DNA of 32,000 nucleotides from Candidatus Kuenenia stuttgartensis (GCF_900232105.1 NZ_LT934425.1:2100001-2132000); one strand, 5' to 3'. Shown: positions 9,462 to 18,751, counted from the stretch's first letter. Notes: generated from the letters alone by a model not told the origin. Translations and numbers: made by a program.

Positions 9462-9907
9462 TTAATACGTGCAAAATATGACATGAAGATTCATTATTTT
9501 GAAATAGTTCGATACTGTTGTCAGTAAATAATTGAAAAAGCGGAAGACCTGGATGGAAAAGTTTAGTTGCAAATATAAAACGATTTTTGTATAGTTAACT
9601 TATTCTCAAATCAGGGGTTGCTGTTATATGTACGAGAAACAAAGGTATTGTCATGATCTAAGTCACTGGTATCGGCATTTTGATATAACTATTTGTTGTA
9701 TTACAGGTTATATTAGCTGCTTACTAAAATACAAATTTATCGGTACATTACTCATAAACAATCAGAAACCTTTACGAAAAATAAGGAGAGTTTTGTTTTT
9801 TAAGTGAAATACAAATAATACACCTTTTTTGTTCCACGGAAAAATATTTAAACAGTAGTAGTAATTAATAAATTACACAACCAACCTGTAAAAGGAGGGT
9901 ATACAAA

Positions 9908-10681
9908 ATGAGAAGTATTGCATTGCTCAATCAGAAGGGGGGGGTAGGGAAAACTACTACAACTGCGAACCTGAGCGCATGTCTTGCGGCATTAGGGAGG
10001 AAGGTGCTGGCTATCGACATGGATCCTCAGGCTAATTTAAGCGTGCATCTTGGGGTGGACATTCATAATTTACAAAATTCGGTGTATAGTTTAATCATGG
10101 GGAATTGCAGTCCTTCGGAGGTGATTTTGCACACGGCAAATATTGGCCTTGATATTATACCCTCTACGATAGACCTCTCTGGGGCGGAGATTGAATTGGT
10201 AGGTATTGTTGGAAGAGAAACCGTTCTGAAAGAATATTTGGGGGACTCAATAAATGCGTATGATTATGTGCTTATTGATTGCCCCCCCTCGCTTGGGTTA
10301 TTGACAATCAATGTTATGACGTTTGTGAATGAATTGTTCATTCCCGTACAAACTGAATTTTTTGCGTTGCAGGGAGTAAGAAAATTACTTGATACGTATG
10401 AGATTGTGAAAAAACGATTAAATCACAATCTGGAGATTACCGGCGTCATTCTTTGTATGTATTCAAGTCGCGCACGGCTTTGTAACGAGGTGGTGGAAAA
10501 AATTAGAGAATATTTTGACGAGAAAGTTTTTGACACGATTGTAAGAAAAAATATTAAACTTTCGGAATCTCCCAGCCATGGAAAGCCGGTTATTACCTAT
10601 GCACCCGATTCACATGGATCCGAAGATTATATGTCTCTTGCAAAAGAGGTGATAAAAAGGGAAAACAATCATAGACGCTAA
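9908..10681 (+). CDS. parA: Chromosome-partitioning ATPase ParA/Soj
   Basis: 257 aa. It has the deviant Walker A NQKGGVGKTTT with signature Lys (encoded over a G8 run at 9937-9944), DMDPQANLS, IDCPPSLG and SESPSHGKPV. It is collinear with B. subtilis Soj along its whole length. The SD AAGGAGGG ends 8 nt before the ATG. Confidence 0.9.
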   Translation: MRSIALLNQKGGVGKTTTTANLSACLAALGRKVLAIDMDPQANLSVHLGVDIHNLQNSVYSLIMGNCSPSEVILHTANIGLDIIPSTIDLSGAEIELVGIVGRETVLKEYLGDSINAYDYVLIDCPPSLGLLTINVMTFVNELFIPVQTEFFALQGVRKLLDTYEIVKKRLNHNLEITGVILCMYSSRARLCNEVVEKIREYFDEKVFDTIVRKNIKLSESPSHGKPVITYAPDSHGSEDYMSLAKEVIKRENNHRR

Positions 10682-10864
10682 GAAATAGTATTATCCGTGT
10701 GTTTAAACCTCTCGATAGTTTGTTTTAGAGCTGATTTTCAATAGTGCAGATTTATTTTTGCAGAAGAAGATTTGTTCATTTTCCGGTAAAAGCGATCCTT
10801 CCTTTATAGCATTATATTGTGCATGAGGGTTGCGGTTATTACACCGAAAATTTCGAGGTAAAAG

Positions 10865-11470
10865 ATGAAAAAGAAAAATGTACTCGGACATGATCCCCTG
10901 GCATGGATGAATTTGGAACGGGAAAGGAAGTCGCCGTTGCCTGAAGGTGTCAAAGAGGGAGATAAAAACGTGGTAGAAAACAAACAACAAAAAGTGCAGA
11001 ATGCTGCAAAACAACAATCTTTCCCATTGCTGAAGGGGGATGAAGATAATAGTATTTCAAAGGGTAATCAGGCAGAAAGGGTTTTTAATGTTATCACCGG
11101 CAGTAATGAGCCTCCCCCGAAGCCAAAGGTCGTAATCGACCGTTTGTATGAAGAAATATCTAAAAAAGCTGCAACTACCATTTCACCGAGTAACGAGGCG
11201 ATTGCAACGCCTGGCGCAGCAAATAGGTTTCAAAAAACAGAACCACCTTCCTCAGGCTATGGTGCAGCAAAGACAGGCATGGGCATGCCGTCAAGGGTAA
11301 ATAAATTACCGGCTACTGGTTCTGGAGTACAGTTTTCTACGTATCTTATCGTTGCATACACGGTGTTGTTGCTTATTCTGGGATATTTTGTGTATACGGA
11401 CTTCTCGAAGCGCACAAATAGACTGGAGGCAAAAATATATGCAATAGAGAGGGCATTGCGTTTAAGATAA
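10865..11470 (+). CDS. Hypothetical protein: basic N-terminal peptide, long low-complexity region, single C-terminal TM helix and basic tail
   Basis: 201-aa ORF with GAGGT 5 nt upstream of the ATG. N-terminus: MKKKNVLGHDPLAWMN. A P/S/G/K/E/Q-rich middle region precedes the TM segment FSTYLIVAYTVLLLILGYFVYT and the tail RTNRLEAKIYAIERALRLR. I recognise no family. Confidence 0.6.
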   Translation: MKKKNVLGHDPLAWMNLERERKSPLPEGVKEGDKNVVENKQQKVQNAAKQQSFPLLKGDEDNSISKGNQAERVFNVITGSNEPPPKPKVVIDRLYEEISKKAATTISPSNEAIATPGAANRFQKTEPPSSGYGAAKTGMGMPSRVNKLPATGSGVQFSTYLIVAYTVLLLILGYFVYTDFSKRTNRLEAKIYAIERALRLR

Positions 11471-11564
11471 TAGTGGGAAAATGCGGACAGTTTTTTTGTA
11501 AAGGGCAAAAGGATATGATATTTTGTTTCTGAAAAATATATGCTTAATACCTTGCATGCTGTTT

Positions 11565-12371
11565 TCAGCTTTTTATTGTAGCGTGCTCACCCCGGAATAT
11601 TTTCGTACCTCCATTCTGTAATTTTAACATTAACCCGCCGTTGTAGGATATTCCGATTACTTTGCCGGAATATTCCTTTCCATTGTCAGTGATTATCAGA
11701 TCTTTCCCCACAGTTACACAATATTCTTTCCACTTTTCAGTAATATATTTAAAGTGTTCATCCCGAAGAATTAAATACCACTTATCGATATATTGGAGCA
11801 GTGTTCTGGCGAAAGATATACGGTTAACGTATTCTTTTTTTTCTATTGCAATTGATGTTGGAAGTATACTCGTTTTTTTCGGCAATTCGGTTTCTGTTGT
11901 GTTGATATTTATGCCGATCCCTATTAAAAATATGGGTTGTTTTTTGTGATTCTTTTCCATAGTTACCAGTACCCCCCCCCATTTCTTTCCTCCGATTAAC
12001 AGGTCGTTTGGCCATTTGATTTCCGCTTGTAATAGGAAGGATTCACGAACCATTTCCGTTATTGCCACCGCTATAGTGCCTATTAACAGGCATAAATTGT
12101 CAGGTTTCATAGTATATTTGAGCAGAATGGTAAGGAGCAAGCCCTTGTATTTTGGGCAAAACCAAATATGGTTTGAACGGCCCCTGCCGTTCGTCTGTTC
12201 TTCGGCAAAAATGGTAGTGCCGTTTTTAAAATCTGTTTGTATAAGTTCCCTTGCTGCATCCATTGTGGAAGTGATTTTTTCATGATAAATAATTTCACTT
12301 CCGACAATTTTTGTCTTTAAGCCATCCATGATTTCTTCTGGTCTTAAAAGGTATGAGGCTTTTGTTTTCAT
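11565..12371 (-). CDS. birA: Biotin--[acetyl-CoA-carboxylase] ligase (group I BirA, no N-terminal HTH)
   Basis: 268 aa. It has the GRGRSNHIW biotin-binding loop (GRGRxGRxW-type), KWPNDL, and a C-terminal SH3-like domain ending GEHATIKS. Confidence 0.85.
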   Translation of the reverse strand: MKTKASYLLRPEEIMDGLKTKIVGSEIIYHEKITSTMDAARELIQTDFKNGTTIFAEEQTNGRGRSNHIWFCPKYKGLLLTILLKYTMKPDNLCLLIGTIAVAITEMVRESFLLQAEIKWPNDLLIGGKKWGGVLVTMEKNHKKQPIFLIGIGININTTETELPKKTSILPTSIAIEKKEYVNRISFARTLLQYIDKWYLILRDEHFKYITEKWKEYCVTVGKDLIITDNGKEYSGKVIGISYNGGLMLKLQNGGTKIFRGEHATIKS

Positions 12372-12840
12372 TTAAGAGGGTGCTTTACAGTGTTTTTATA
12401 CAAAATTATTATAGAAGAGTATTAATGAAACGCGGTCAATATCTGATATGCTTTCACTATATGTCAAAATTTATTTTGAAAGTCAATAGTATAAATAGAA
12501 AAAACAATTGTATCTTGTTTTTAGAGCAAATTTCCTTAATTTTATTTGGTTAAGCCTCTCGTCTTTGTCATAAGGATTTTTTGAGGAAATGAAAACTCTG
12601 CCATACTGACAGTTGCGATAGATGGCGGTTTTTTAATTCTGTCACTATGGCATATTCAATGGCTATAACTATATTGTTCCGCAAGGTGTAAAACTTAATA
12701 TTTGTGCTGGTTAAGGCATATTATTAACAACAATTTGGCTGAGGCATGTGTTTTGCTCGTTACTGTTGGGTTAGTAAGTTTTATGATACTATCATGAGCG
12801 TAGTATAATCTCTATCCGGAATTTTGAAAGGAGGTACTTG

Positions 12841-14511
12841 ATGGCGAAGCAATTGGCCTTTAGTGATGAGGCAAGAGCCGCGATTGCCAGAGGGGTGACA
12901 AAACTCGCAAGGGCAGTTAAGGTGACTTTGGGGCCAAGGGGCAGAAATGCTGTGTTGGATAAGGGGTACGGGAGCCCAACCGTAACTAAAGATGGAGTAA
13001 CGGTAGCAGATGAGACGGAGCTGATAGACCCTTATGAAAATACAGGCGCCCGGTTGGTGAGGGAGGCTGCTTCAAAGACAAGTGATGTGGCCGGGGATGG
13101 CACCACAACTGCCACGGTTCTGGCTGAGGCAATATTTTTGGAAGGACTAAAGTGCGTGACGTCCGGCGCAGACCCAATGGCGCTCAACAGGGGGATGCGC
13201 AAGGCCCAGGAAAAGGTGGTAAGCAAATTAAAAGAAATGAGCAAAAAGGTTCAGAACCAAAATGATATTGCTAATATCGGCTCCATTGCGGCAAATAACG
13301 ATAAAGAAGTTGGTAAAATGATTGCCGATGCAATGGATAAGGTTGGGAAAGATGGTGTGATCACCGTCGAAGAAGGAAAAGGTCTTGATACACGCGTGGA
13401 AGTAGTGGAAGGCATGCAGTTTGACCGTGGCTACCTTTCCCCGCATTTTGTAACAAATCAGGATACTATGGAGGTGGAATTAAAGGATCCCTATATTCTG
13501 GTATTCGAGGATAAGGTATCGACGATTAAGGGGCTTGTGCCACTGCTGGAAAAATTGGCGAAAACGGGAGTTCCTCTTTTAATTATAGCGGAAGATGTGG
13601 AAGGGGAGGCATTGGCAACCCTTGTTGTTAATAAACTTCGTGGCACTATAAGTTGTGCAGCAGTAAAAGCGCCGGGTTACGGAGACCGCAGGAAGGCTAT
13701 GTTGGATGATATTGCAACCCTTACCGGCGGGAAGGCCATATTTAAAGATCTTGGAATTCAGTTGGAAAATATTGATATTCGCGATTTGGGGCGCGCTAAA
13801 AAAGTCACTATCGACAGTGATAACACTACGATTGTGCAGGGCGCCGGCAGCTCTGACGCCATATCCGGCAGGATCAATCAGATAAGAAACGAGATAGAAA
13901 CAACAACCTCGGATTATGACAGGGAAAAGCTGCAGGAACGTTTGGCGAAGCTTGCGGGCGGCATTGCTCAGATTTTGGTGGGAGCCGCCACGGAAAGTGA
14001 GATGAAAGAAAAGAAGGCACGGGTTGAAGACGCGTTGCATGCTACGCGGGCTGCTGTTGAAGAAGGTATTTTGCCAGGCGGCGGTGTTGCTCTCCTCAAT
14101 ACCATTGAAGTTTTAGAAAAGCTTAAACTGGATGGTGATGAGGCAATGGGCGTTGATATTGTAAAAAAGGCTCTTTCCTCTCCGGCAAAACAAATATTTA
14201 AAAATGCCGGGCTTGAAGGGTCTGTAATTGTAAAGAAAATACTAGACGCCCGTGATTCTATGTATGGCTATGATGCAGACAAGGGAGATTACTGCAATAT
14301 GATAGAGGCCGGCGTAATCGACCCTACGAAGGTGACGAGAAGCGCTCTCCAGAATGCCATAAGCATTGCCGGAATATTATTGACCACCGAATGCATTATT
14401 ACCGATATCCCTAAGAAAGAAGGCGAAGGCATGCCATCTGGTATGGGTGGCATGGGCGGTATGGGTGGTATGGGTGGTATGGGTGGTATGGGCGGCATGG
14501 GAATGATGTAG
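12841..14511 (+). CDS. groL: Chaperonin GroEL, paralog 1 (with GGM-repeat tail)
   Basis: The track start at TTG 12838 is probably 1 codon too early. ATG 12841 follows AGGAGG by 6 nt. Canonical GroEL motifs are present ([42 protein letters not shown]-type). The C-terminus is [23 protein letters not shown]. Confidence 0.95.
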   Translation: MAKQLAFSDEARAAIARGVTKLARAVKVTLGPRGRNAVLDKGYGSPTVTKDGVTVADETELIDPYENTGARLVREAASKTSDVAGDGTTTATVLAEAIFLEGLKCVTSGADPMALNRGMRKAQEKVVSKLKEMSKKVQNQNDIANIGSIAANNDKEVGKMIADAMDKVGKDGVITVEEGKGLDTRVEVVEGMQFDRGYLSPHFVTNQDTMEVELKDPYILVFEDKVSTIKGLVPLLEKLAKTGVPLLIIAEDVEGEALATLVVNKLRGTISCAAVKAPGYGDRRKAMLDDIATLTGGKAIFKDLGIQLENIDIRDLGRAKKVTIDSDNTTIVQGAGSSDAISGRINQIRNEIETTTSDYDREKLQERLAKLAGGIAQILVGAATESEMKEKKARVEDALHATRAAVEEGILPGGGVALLNTIEVLEKLKLDGDEAMGVDIVKKALSSPAKQIFKNAGLEGSVIVKKILDARDSMYGYDADKGDYCNMIEAGVIDPTKVTRSALQNAISIAGILLTTECIITDIPKKEGEGMPSGMGGMGGMGGMGGMGGMGGMGMM

Positions 14512-14600
14512 CCGTCAGGTTCGTTAAAAAGAGTATATAAAAGTTTTAGGGAAAAAGATTTTTTCAATCAATTTATTGCTAAGGAGGTAAATAAAAGAGT

Positions 14601-14891
14601 ATGGCAAACATTAAACCGTTAGATGACAGGGTAGTTGTTCAGCCTATGGAAGCTGAGGAAAAAACAAAGGGTGGTATCGTTTTACCTGAGACAGCAAAAG
14701 AAAAACCAATAAAAGGAAAAATAATAGCAGTTGGCGAAGGAAAATTATTGGAAAATGGTAAAAGAGCAGATTTATTGGTAAAGGTGGGCGATGTGGTTTT
14801 ATACGGAAAATACGCAGGAACAGAGGTTACGGTTGACGGCAAAGAATATTTGATTATGAGAGAAAGCGACATTTTGGCGAAAGTTAACTAA
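14601..14891 (+). CDS. groS: Co-chaperonin GroES
   Basis: 96 aa. [10 protein letters not shown]...[13 protein letters not shown] (mobile loop)...GKIIAVGEG...[14 protein letters not shown] are canonical. The SD is AAGGAGGT. Confidence 0.95.
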   Translation: MANIKPLDDRVVVQPMEAEEKTKGGIVLPETAKEKPIKGKIIAVGEGKLLENGKRADLLVKVGDVVLYGKYAGTEVTVDGKEYLIMRESDILAKVN

Positions 14892-14940
14892 GCTTGAGCA
14901 ATGGCAAATAATTAAATTGTAATTTCTTGGAGGTTATAAC

Positions 14941-16560
14941 ATGGCAGCAAAGCAGTTGATTTATGATGAAATTGCCAGGGGGTCGCTTCGAAAGGGGATA
15001 AGACAATTAGCAGACGTCGTTCGGGTAACTATGGGGCCTACCGGAAGGAATGTGATACTGGAAAAGGGTTTTGGCGCCCCCTCTGTTACAAAGGATGGTG
15101 TAACTGTCGCAAAAGAGGTTGAATTAAAAAATCCCTTTGAAAATATGGGCGCTAAAATGGTATGTGAAGTGGCGTCAAAAACCAGTGATATTGCAGGCGA
15201 TGGTACGACTACTGCGACCATTCTGGCAGAGGCAATTTTCAATGAGGGGATGAAGTATGTCACCGCAGGCGCTAACCCTATGGCGCTCAAAAGGGGTATT
15301 GACAAGGCGGTGGACGTTGTGGTCGCAGAACTGAAACAGTTAAGCATCCCCATAAAAGGACGCGCAGAGATTGCGCAAGTGGGTACAATTTCTGCAAACA
15401 ATGATGCTTCTATTGGAAATCTTCTTGCAGACGCGATGGATAAGGTAGGGAAAGACGGCGTGATTACGGTTGAAGAGGCGAAGGGGATAGAGACTACTTT
15501 AGAAATTGTTGAAGGTATGCAGTTTGATAAGGGGTATCTCTCTCCTTACTTCATAACAGATGCTCAAAATATGGAAGTGGTGCTGGAAAATGCATATATA
15601 TTAATTCACGAGAAGAAGATATCCAGCATGAGAGATCTCCTGCCCTTGTTGGAAAAGATTGCAGGTAGCGGAAAACCATTTTTGATAATTTCCGAGGATG
15701 TTGAAGGTGAAGCGCTGGCAACTCTCGTTGTGAATAAGCTGCGCGGTGTATTAAGCTGTGCGGCGGTTAAGGCTCCAGGGTTTGGCGACCGCAGAAAGGC
15801 TATGCTGGAAGATATCGCAATATTGACGAACGGAAAGGCAATTACCGAAGATTTGGGATTAAAGCTGGAGAATATCGGGATAGAAGATCTTGGAGTGGCA
15901 AAGAGGATTACCATAAATAAAGATAACACGACAATAATCGAAGGTGCGGCTACGAAAGAAAACATTCAGGCCAGGATCCGGCAAATCAAAAATCAGATTG
16001 AACAGACAACGTCAAACTATGATAAAGAAAAACTCAGCGAGAGGCTTGCGAAGCTGGCTGGCGGGGTTGCGGTAATACACGTTGGGGCGGCAACCGAAGT
16101 CGAGATGAATGAGAAAAAGGCACGCGTGGAAGATGCTTTACATGCAACCAGGGCTGCTGTTGAGGAAGGTATTGTGCCAGGGGGAGGCATCGCTTACATA
16201 CGTACGATACCTGCACTGAAAGAGGCAAGTAAAAATGCTAACGGCGATGAGAAGATCGGTATGGATTTAATTGCAAAAGTGCTGGAAGCTCCCTTACGGC
16301 AAATTGCGAATAATACCGGGGCAGACGGTTCGGTGGTTTTTGAGGAAGTGAAGGGGCTTTCCGCAAATATGGGCTATAATGCCAATACTGGCGAGTATGT
16401 TGATATGTTCGTGGCGGGTATTGTTGATCCTGCGAAAGTATCGAGAGTGGCATTGCAAAATTCGGCAAGTGTCGCCGGTTTATTGCTGACAACTGAGACT
16501 ATGGTGACGGAATATAAAGAGGATGAGGATGAAAAAATTATAAATGGCAGCATTCATTAA
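14941..16560 (+). CDS. groL: Chaperonin GroEL, paralog 2 (acidic tail, no GGM repeats)
   Basis: 539 aa, collinear with paralog 1 (roughly two-thirds identical by eye over the first 120 aa). It ends ...[19 protein letters not shown] instead of a GGM tail. Confidence 0.95.
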   Translation: MAAKQLIYDEIARGSLRKGIRQLADVVRVTMGPTGRNVILEKGFGAPSVTKDGVTVAKEVELKNPFENMGAKMVCEVASKTSDIAGDGTTTATILAEAIFNEGMKYVTAGANPMALKRGIDKAVDVVVAELKQLSIPIKGRAEIAQVGTISANNDASIGNLLADAMDKVGKDGVITVEEAKGIETTLEIVEGMQFDKGYLSPYFITDAQNMEVVLENAYILIHEKKISSMRDLLPLLEKIAGSGKPFLIISEDVEGEALATLVVNKLRGVLSCAAVKAPGFGDRRKAMLEDIAILTNGKAITEDLGLKLENIGIEDLGVAKRITINKDNTTIIEGAATKENIQARIRQIKNQIEQTTSNYDKEKLSERLAKLAGGVAVIHVGAATEVEMNEKKARVEDALHATRAAVEEGIVPGGGIAYIRTIPALKEASKNANGDEKIGMDLIAKVLEAPLRQIANNTGADGSVVFEEVKGLSANMGYNANTGEYVDMFVAGIVDPAKVSRVALQNSASVAGLLLTTETMVTEYKEDEDEKIINGSIH

Positions 16561-16594
16561 AATAATTTCAGAACTACTACTCATTATTAAAGTG

Positions 16595-16626
16595 AAAAGG
16601 CTGCTACATGTAGCCTTTTTGCTTTT
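16595..16626 (+). terminator. Rho-independent terminator candidate after groEL2
   Basis: An 8-bp stem pairs AAAAGGCT (16595-16602) with AGCCTTTT (16612-16619) around a 9-nt loop. TGCTTTT follows. It lies 35 nt after the stop codon. Confidence 0.6.
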
Positions 16627-16738
16627 GTACACACCACCACACTGTCATAAAAATCAGATACCCCTTCGCAGGTGATTTAAAATGACCATGTCAAAGCAGG
16701 AAAAACTATTAGGAACACGAGGAAATAGTGGTGACGTT

Positions 16739-16770
16739 CTGTAGCGGCAATTAATGAATTGCCGCTACAG
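16739..16770. repeat. Perfect 14-bp-stem palindrome (CTGTAGCGGCAATT-AATG-AATTGCCGCTACAG)
   Basis: Read directly: arms at 16739-16752 and 16757-16770 are exact reverse complements around a 4-nt loop. Confidence 0.9.
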
Positions 16771-16782
16771 GGCTTAATACCC

Positions 16783-16908
16783 GTAACTATTCAGCGTAAA
16801 CGATACACGGCTCGTTCCCAAACCTTATACTGAACATAGTGAAGTATCTGTTTGGGAACGAGTTGTGCTCTGATCTCCGGTAGTTTAATAAATACGCTGA
16901 ATAGTTAC
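16783..16908. mobile_element. 126-bp MITE-like element (16-bp TIRs, 8-bp TSD)
   Basis: The TIR GTAACTATTCAGCGTA at 16783-16798 has an exact reverse complement at 16893-16908. The flanking direct repeat TAATACCC sits at 16775-16782 and 16909-16916. An internal 13-bp inverted repeat pairs CTCGTTCCCAAAC (16811-16823) with 16850-16862. It has no coding capacity. Confidence 0.8.
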
Positions 16909-16995
16909 TAATACCCTGTGATTGCAAAGACCTTTCAAAAGGTGGACAATGTTTTAAGGCCGTACTGACGGCAGAATGGGTGTTTTAAAACTTCC

Positions 16996-17025
16996 TTGAT
17001 TTTATTCTGTTCTATGCACTATAAT
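16996..17025 (+). promoter_or_regulatory. Sigma70-type promoter candidate for dnaJ
   Basis: TTGATT (16996-17001), an 18-nt spacer, then TATAAT (17020-17025), about 55 nt upstream of the dnaJ ATG. Confidence 0.4.
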
Positions 17026-17078
17026 TTTTTTGGTACTTTTTAAATAATTAGAGATAAAATTCGAAAAATAAAATACTT

Positions 17079-18197
17079 ATGGGACGAGATTACTATCAAA
17101 TATTGGGAGTAAGCAGGAACGCGGGCAGCGATGAAATAAAAAAAGCGTATCGACAACTGGCGATGAAATATCACCCCGATAGAAATCCCGGTAATAAAGA
17201 ATCTGAACAAATGTTTAAAGAAGCGGCGGAAGCATATGGAGTATTGAGTGACGCCGAAAAGAAGAAATTATATGATCAATACGGAGAAGAAGGCCTGAAG
17301 GCCACAGGCACTCGTGGTTACAGCTCCTATGAGGATATCTTTGATGCGTTTGGAGATATATTTGGTGGCGGAAGTATTTTCGATGAATTTTTTGGCAAGG
17401 GAAGAGGCGGTGGAGAAGCCGGTAAAAGAGGGGCAAGTTTAAAATGTGATATCGAGATGGGGTTTAAAGAAGTTGCTACCGGCGTAGAGAAAAAGATCGA
17501 ACTTATGCGAAGGGAAATATGCGATGCTTGCCGTGGTACTGGCGCTAAGGAAGGTACTTCTCCGGTTACGTGTCCTTACTGCGGAGGGAAGGGACAGGTG
17601 CAACAATCGCAAGGGTTCTTCACATTGCGCACTACATGTCCTAAATGCCGTGGCACTGGCAAAATTATCGAATCGCCATGCAGAAAATGCGGCGGAACAA
17701 AACGATATCCAAGAAGGGCGACAATATCGGTAAAGATCCCGGCAGGGGTAGAAGATGGCACAAGACTGAGACTGGTGGGACAGGGCGAACCAGGAGAGAA
17801 TGGAGCACCTTCCGGTGATTTGTATTGTGATGTCCACGTCACGCCCCATCCAATCTTTCAGAGGCATGGAAACGATGTATTGTGTGAAGTCCCCATTAGT
17901 TTTGCACAGGCGGCATTAGGCTGCAAACTTGATGTCCCGACATTGTCTGGCAATATCATTCAGGTGAAAGTGCCTAAGGGCATACAAAATAACGAGATTA
18001 TCCCTATTAAAGGTGAAGGGTTTCCTAATATACACAGGCATGGCAAAGGTAATTTGCTGGTTCAGGTGGTAGTTGAAACACCAACGAAGATTTCTTCGCG
18101 TCAGGAAGAATTGTTAAAAGAATTCGCCGAGCTGGAAAAAAATAATATTTCTTCCAGACAAAAGAAGTTTATTGAAAAAATGAAACAGGTATCATAA
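17079..18197 (+). CDS. dnaJ: Molecular chaperone DnaJ (type I Hsp40)
   Basis: 372 aa. It has a J domain with HPD (KYHPDRNPG), a G/F-rich linker, and four CxxCxGxG zinc-finger repeats ([32 protein letters not shown]). Confidence 0.95.
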   Translation: MGRDYYQILGVSRNAGSDEIKKAYRQLAMKYHPDRNPGNKESEQMFKEAAEAYGVLSDAEKKKLYDQYGEEGLKATGTRGYSSYEDIFDAFGDIFGGGSIFDEFFGKGRGGGEAGKRGASLKCDIEMGFKEVATGVEKKIELMRREICDACRGTGAKEGTSPVTCPYCGGKGQVQQSQGFFTLRTTCPKCRGTGKIIESPCRKCGGTKRYPRRATISVKIPAGVEDGTRLRLVGQGEPGENGAPSGDLYCDVHVTPHPIFQRHGNDVLCEVPISFAQAALGCKLDVPTLSGNIIQVKVPKGIQNNEIIPIKGEGFPNIHRHGKGNLLVQVVVETPTKISSRQEELLKEFAELEKNNISSRQKKFIEKMKQVS

Positions 18198-18273
18198 TAT
18201 TTTTTATTGAAAGGAGGTACAACTTAATTGTATTGCGGCTCTTTTGTGCTGCTGTAAAAATTAAGTATGATAT

Positions 18274-18561
18274 ATGCCAACATACGAATACAGATGTAAT
18301 GAATGTAGTCATAAATTTGAAATGTTTCAATCTATAAAATCAGATCCGGTGAAGGAATGTCCTTCCTGTGGTCGTTTTTCTGTGGAAAGAATTATTGGGA
18401 CGGGTGGGGCAATAATTTTTAAAGGTTCAGGATTTTACCAGACGGATTACCGGAGCGAAGAATATAAATCCAGTGCAAAAAAAGAATCAGAAATAGCAAA
18501 GCCGGAAACAAAGGATAAAAAACAAGAGAAAAAGACAGAAAAAACGCATGCAGAAAATTAA
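18274..18561 (+). CDS. FmdB-family zinc-ribbon protein with K/E-rich tail
   Basis: 95 aa. [16 protein letters not shown]...CPSCG matches the FmdB/TIGR02605 pattern (Y-E-Y-x-C-x-x-C ... C-P-x-C-G). Confidence 0.8.
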   Translation: MPTYEYRCNECSHKFEMFQSIKSDPVKECPSCGRFSVERIIGTGGAIIFKGSGFYQTDYRSEEYKSSAKKESEIAKPETKDKKQEKKTEKTHAEN

Positions 18562-18751
18562 TTGTCCGAATTGCAGAAAAATACTCTTTTACCAGGTGAT
18601 TAAGGATTTGCCCTATTTCCCTTTTTGCAGCAACAGGTGCAAATTGGTTGATTTTGGTGCCTGGTTGGATGAGAGTTACTGTATAGGGGAGCCGATGGGG
18701 AGTGACGGGTCAACATGTATATATGAAAAGGGAGAGGAAATGGATGGTTAA
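18548..18751 (+). CDS. yacG: DNA gyrase inhibitor YacG-like zinc finger protein
   Basis: 67 aa. CPNCRK...[18 protein letters not shown] parallels E. coli YacG CPTCGK...PFCSKRCQLIDLGEWAAE. Its start overlaps the previous gene by 14 nt. Confidence 0.75.
   Translation: MQKINCPNCRKILFYQVIKDLPYFPFCSNRCKLVDFGAWLDESYCIGEPMGSDGSTCIYEKGEEMDG

Noticed and set aside
9830-9845. parS-like site TGTTCCACGGAAAAAT upstream of parA
   Set aside because: The left half (TGTTCCACG) matches the TGTTNCACGTGAAACA consensus, but the right half matches only 3 of 7 (12/16 overall, palindrome broken). This is too weak to call without a genome-wide matrix search.
10703-11017. 104-aa minus-strand ORF between parA and its downstream gene
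   Set aside because: It overlaps the better-supported plus-strand 201-aa ORF (which has an SD and sensible domain organisation). Its translation is low-complexity and F/L-rich, typical of AT-rich antisense.
12553-12838. CIRCE (HrcA operator) upstream of groEL1; the regions 14512-14600 and 16921-17078 were also checked
   Set aside because: No TTAGCACTC-N9-GAGTGCTAA or close variant was seen by eye.
13579-14040. 153-aa minus-strand ORF, along with several others (12986-13446, 14961-15401, 15606-15965, 16034-16492) antisense to the groEL genes
   Set aside because: They are shadow ORFs inside strongly supported GroEL coding sequence and have low-complexity, family-less translations.
14289-14567. 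Minus-strand ORF with a [10 protein letters not shown] repeat
   Set aside because: It is simply the reverse complement of the GGM-repeat tail of GroEL1.
18205-18260. Strong SD (AAAGGAGGT) followed by a 9-codon TTG mini-ORF after dnaJ
   Set aside because: It is too short and uses a non-ATG start, so it cannot be distinguished from chance. It is noted under the fmdB-yacG finding only.
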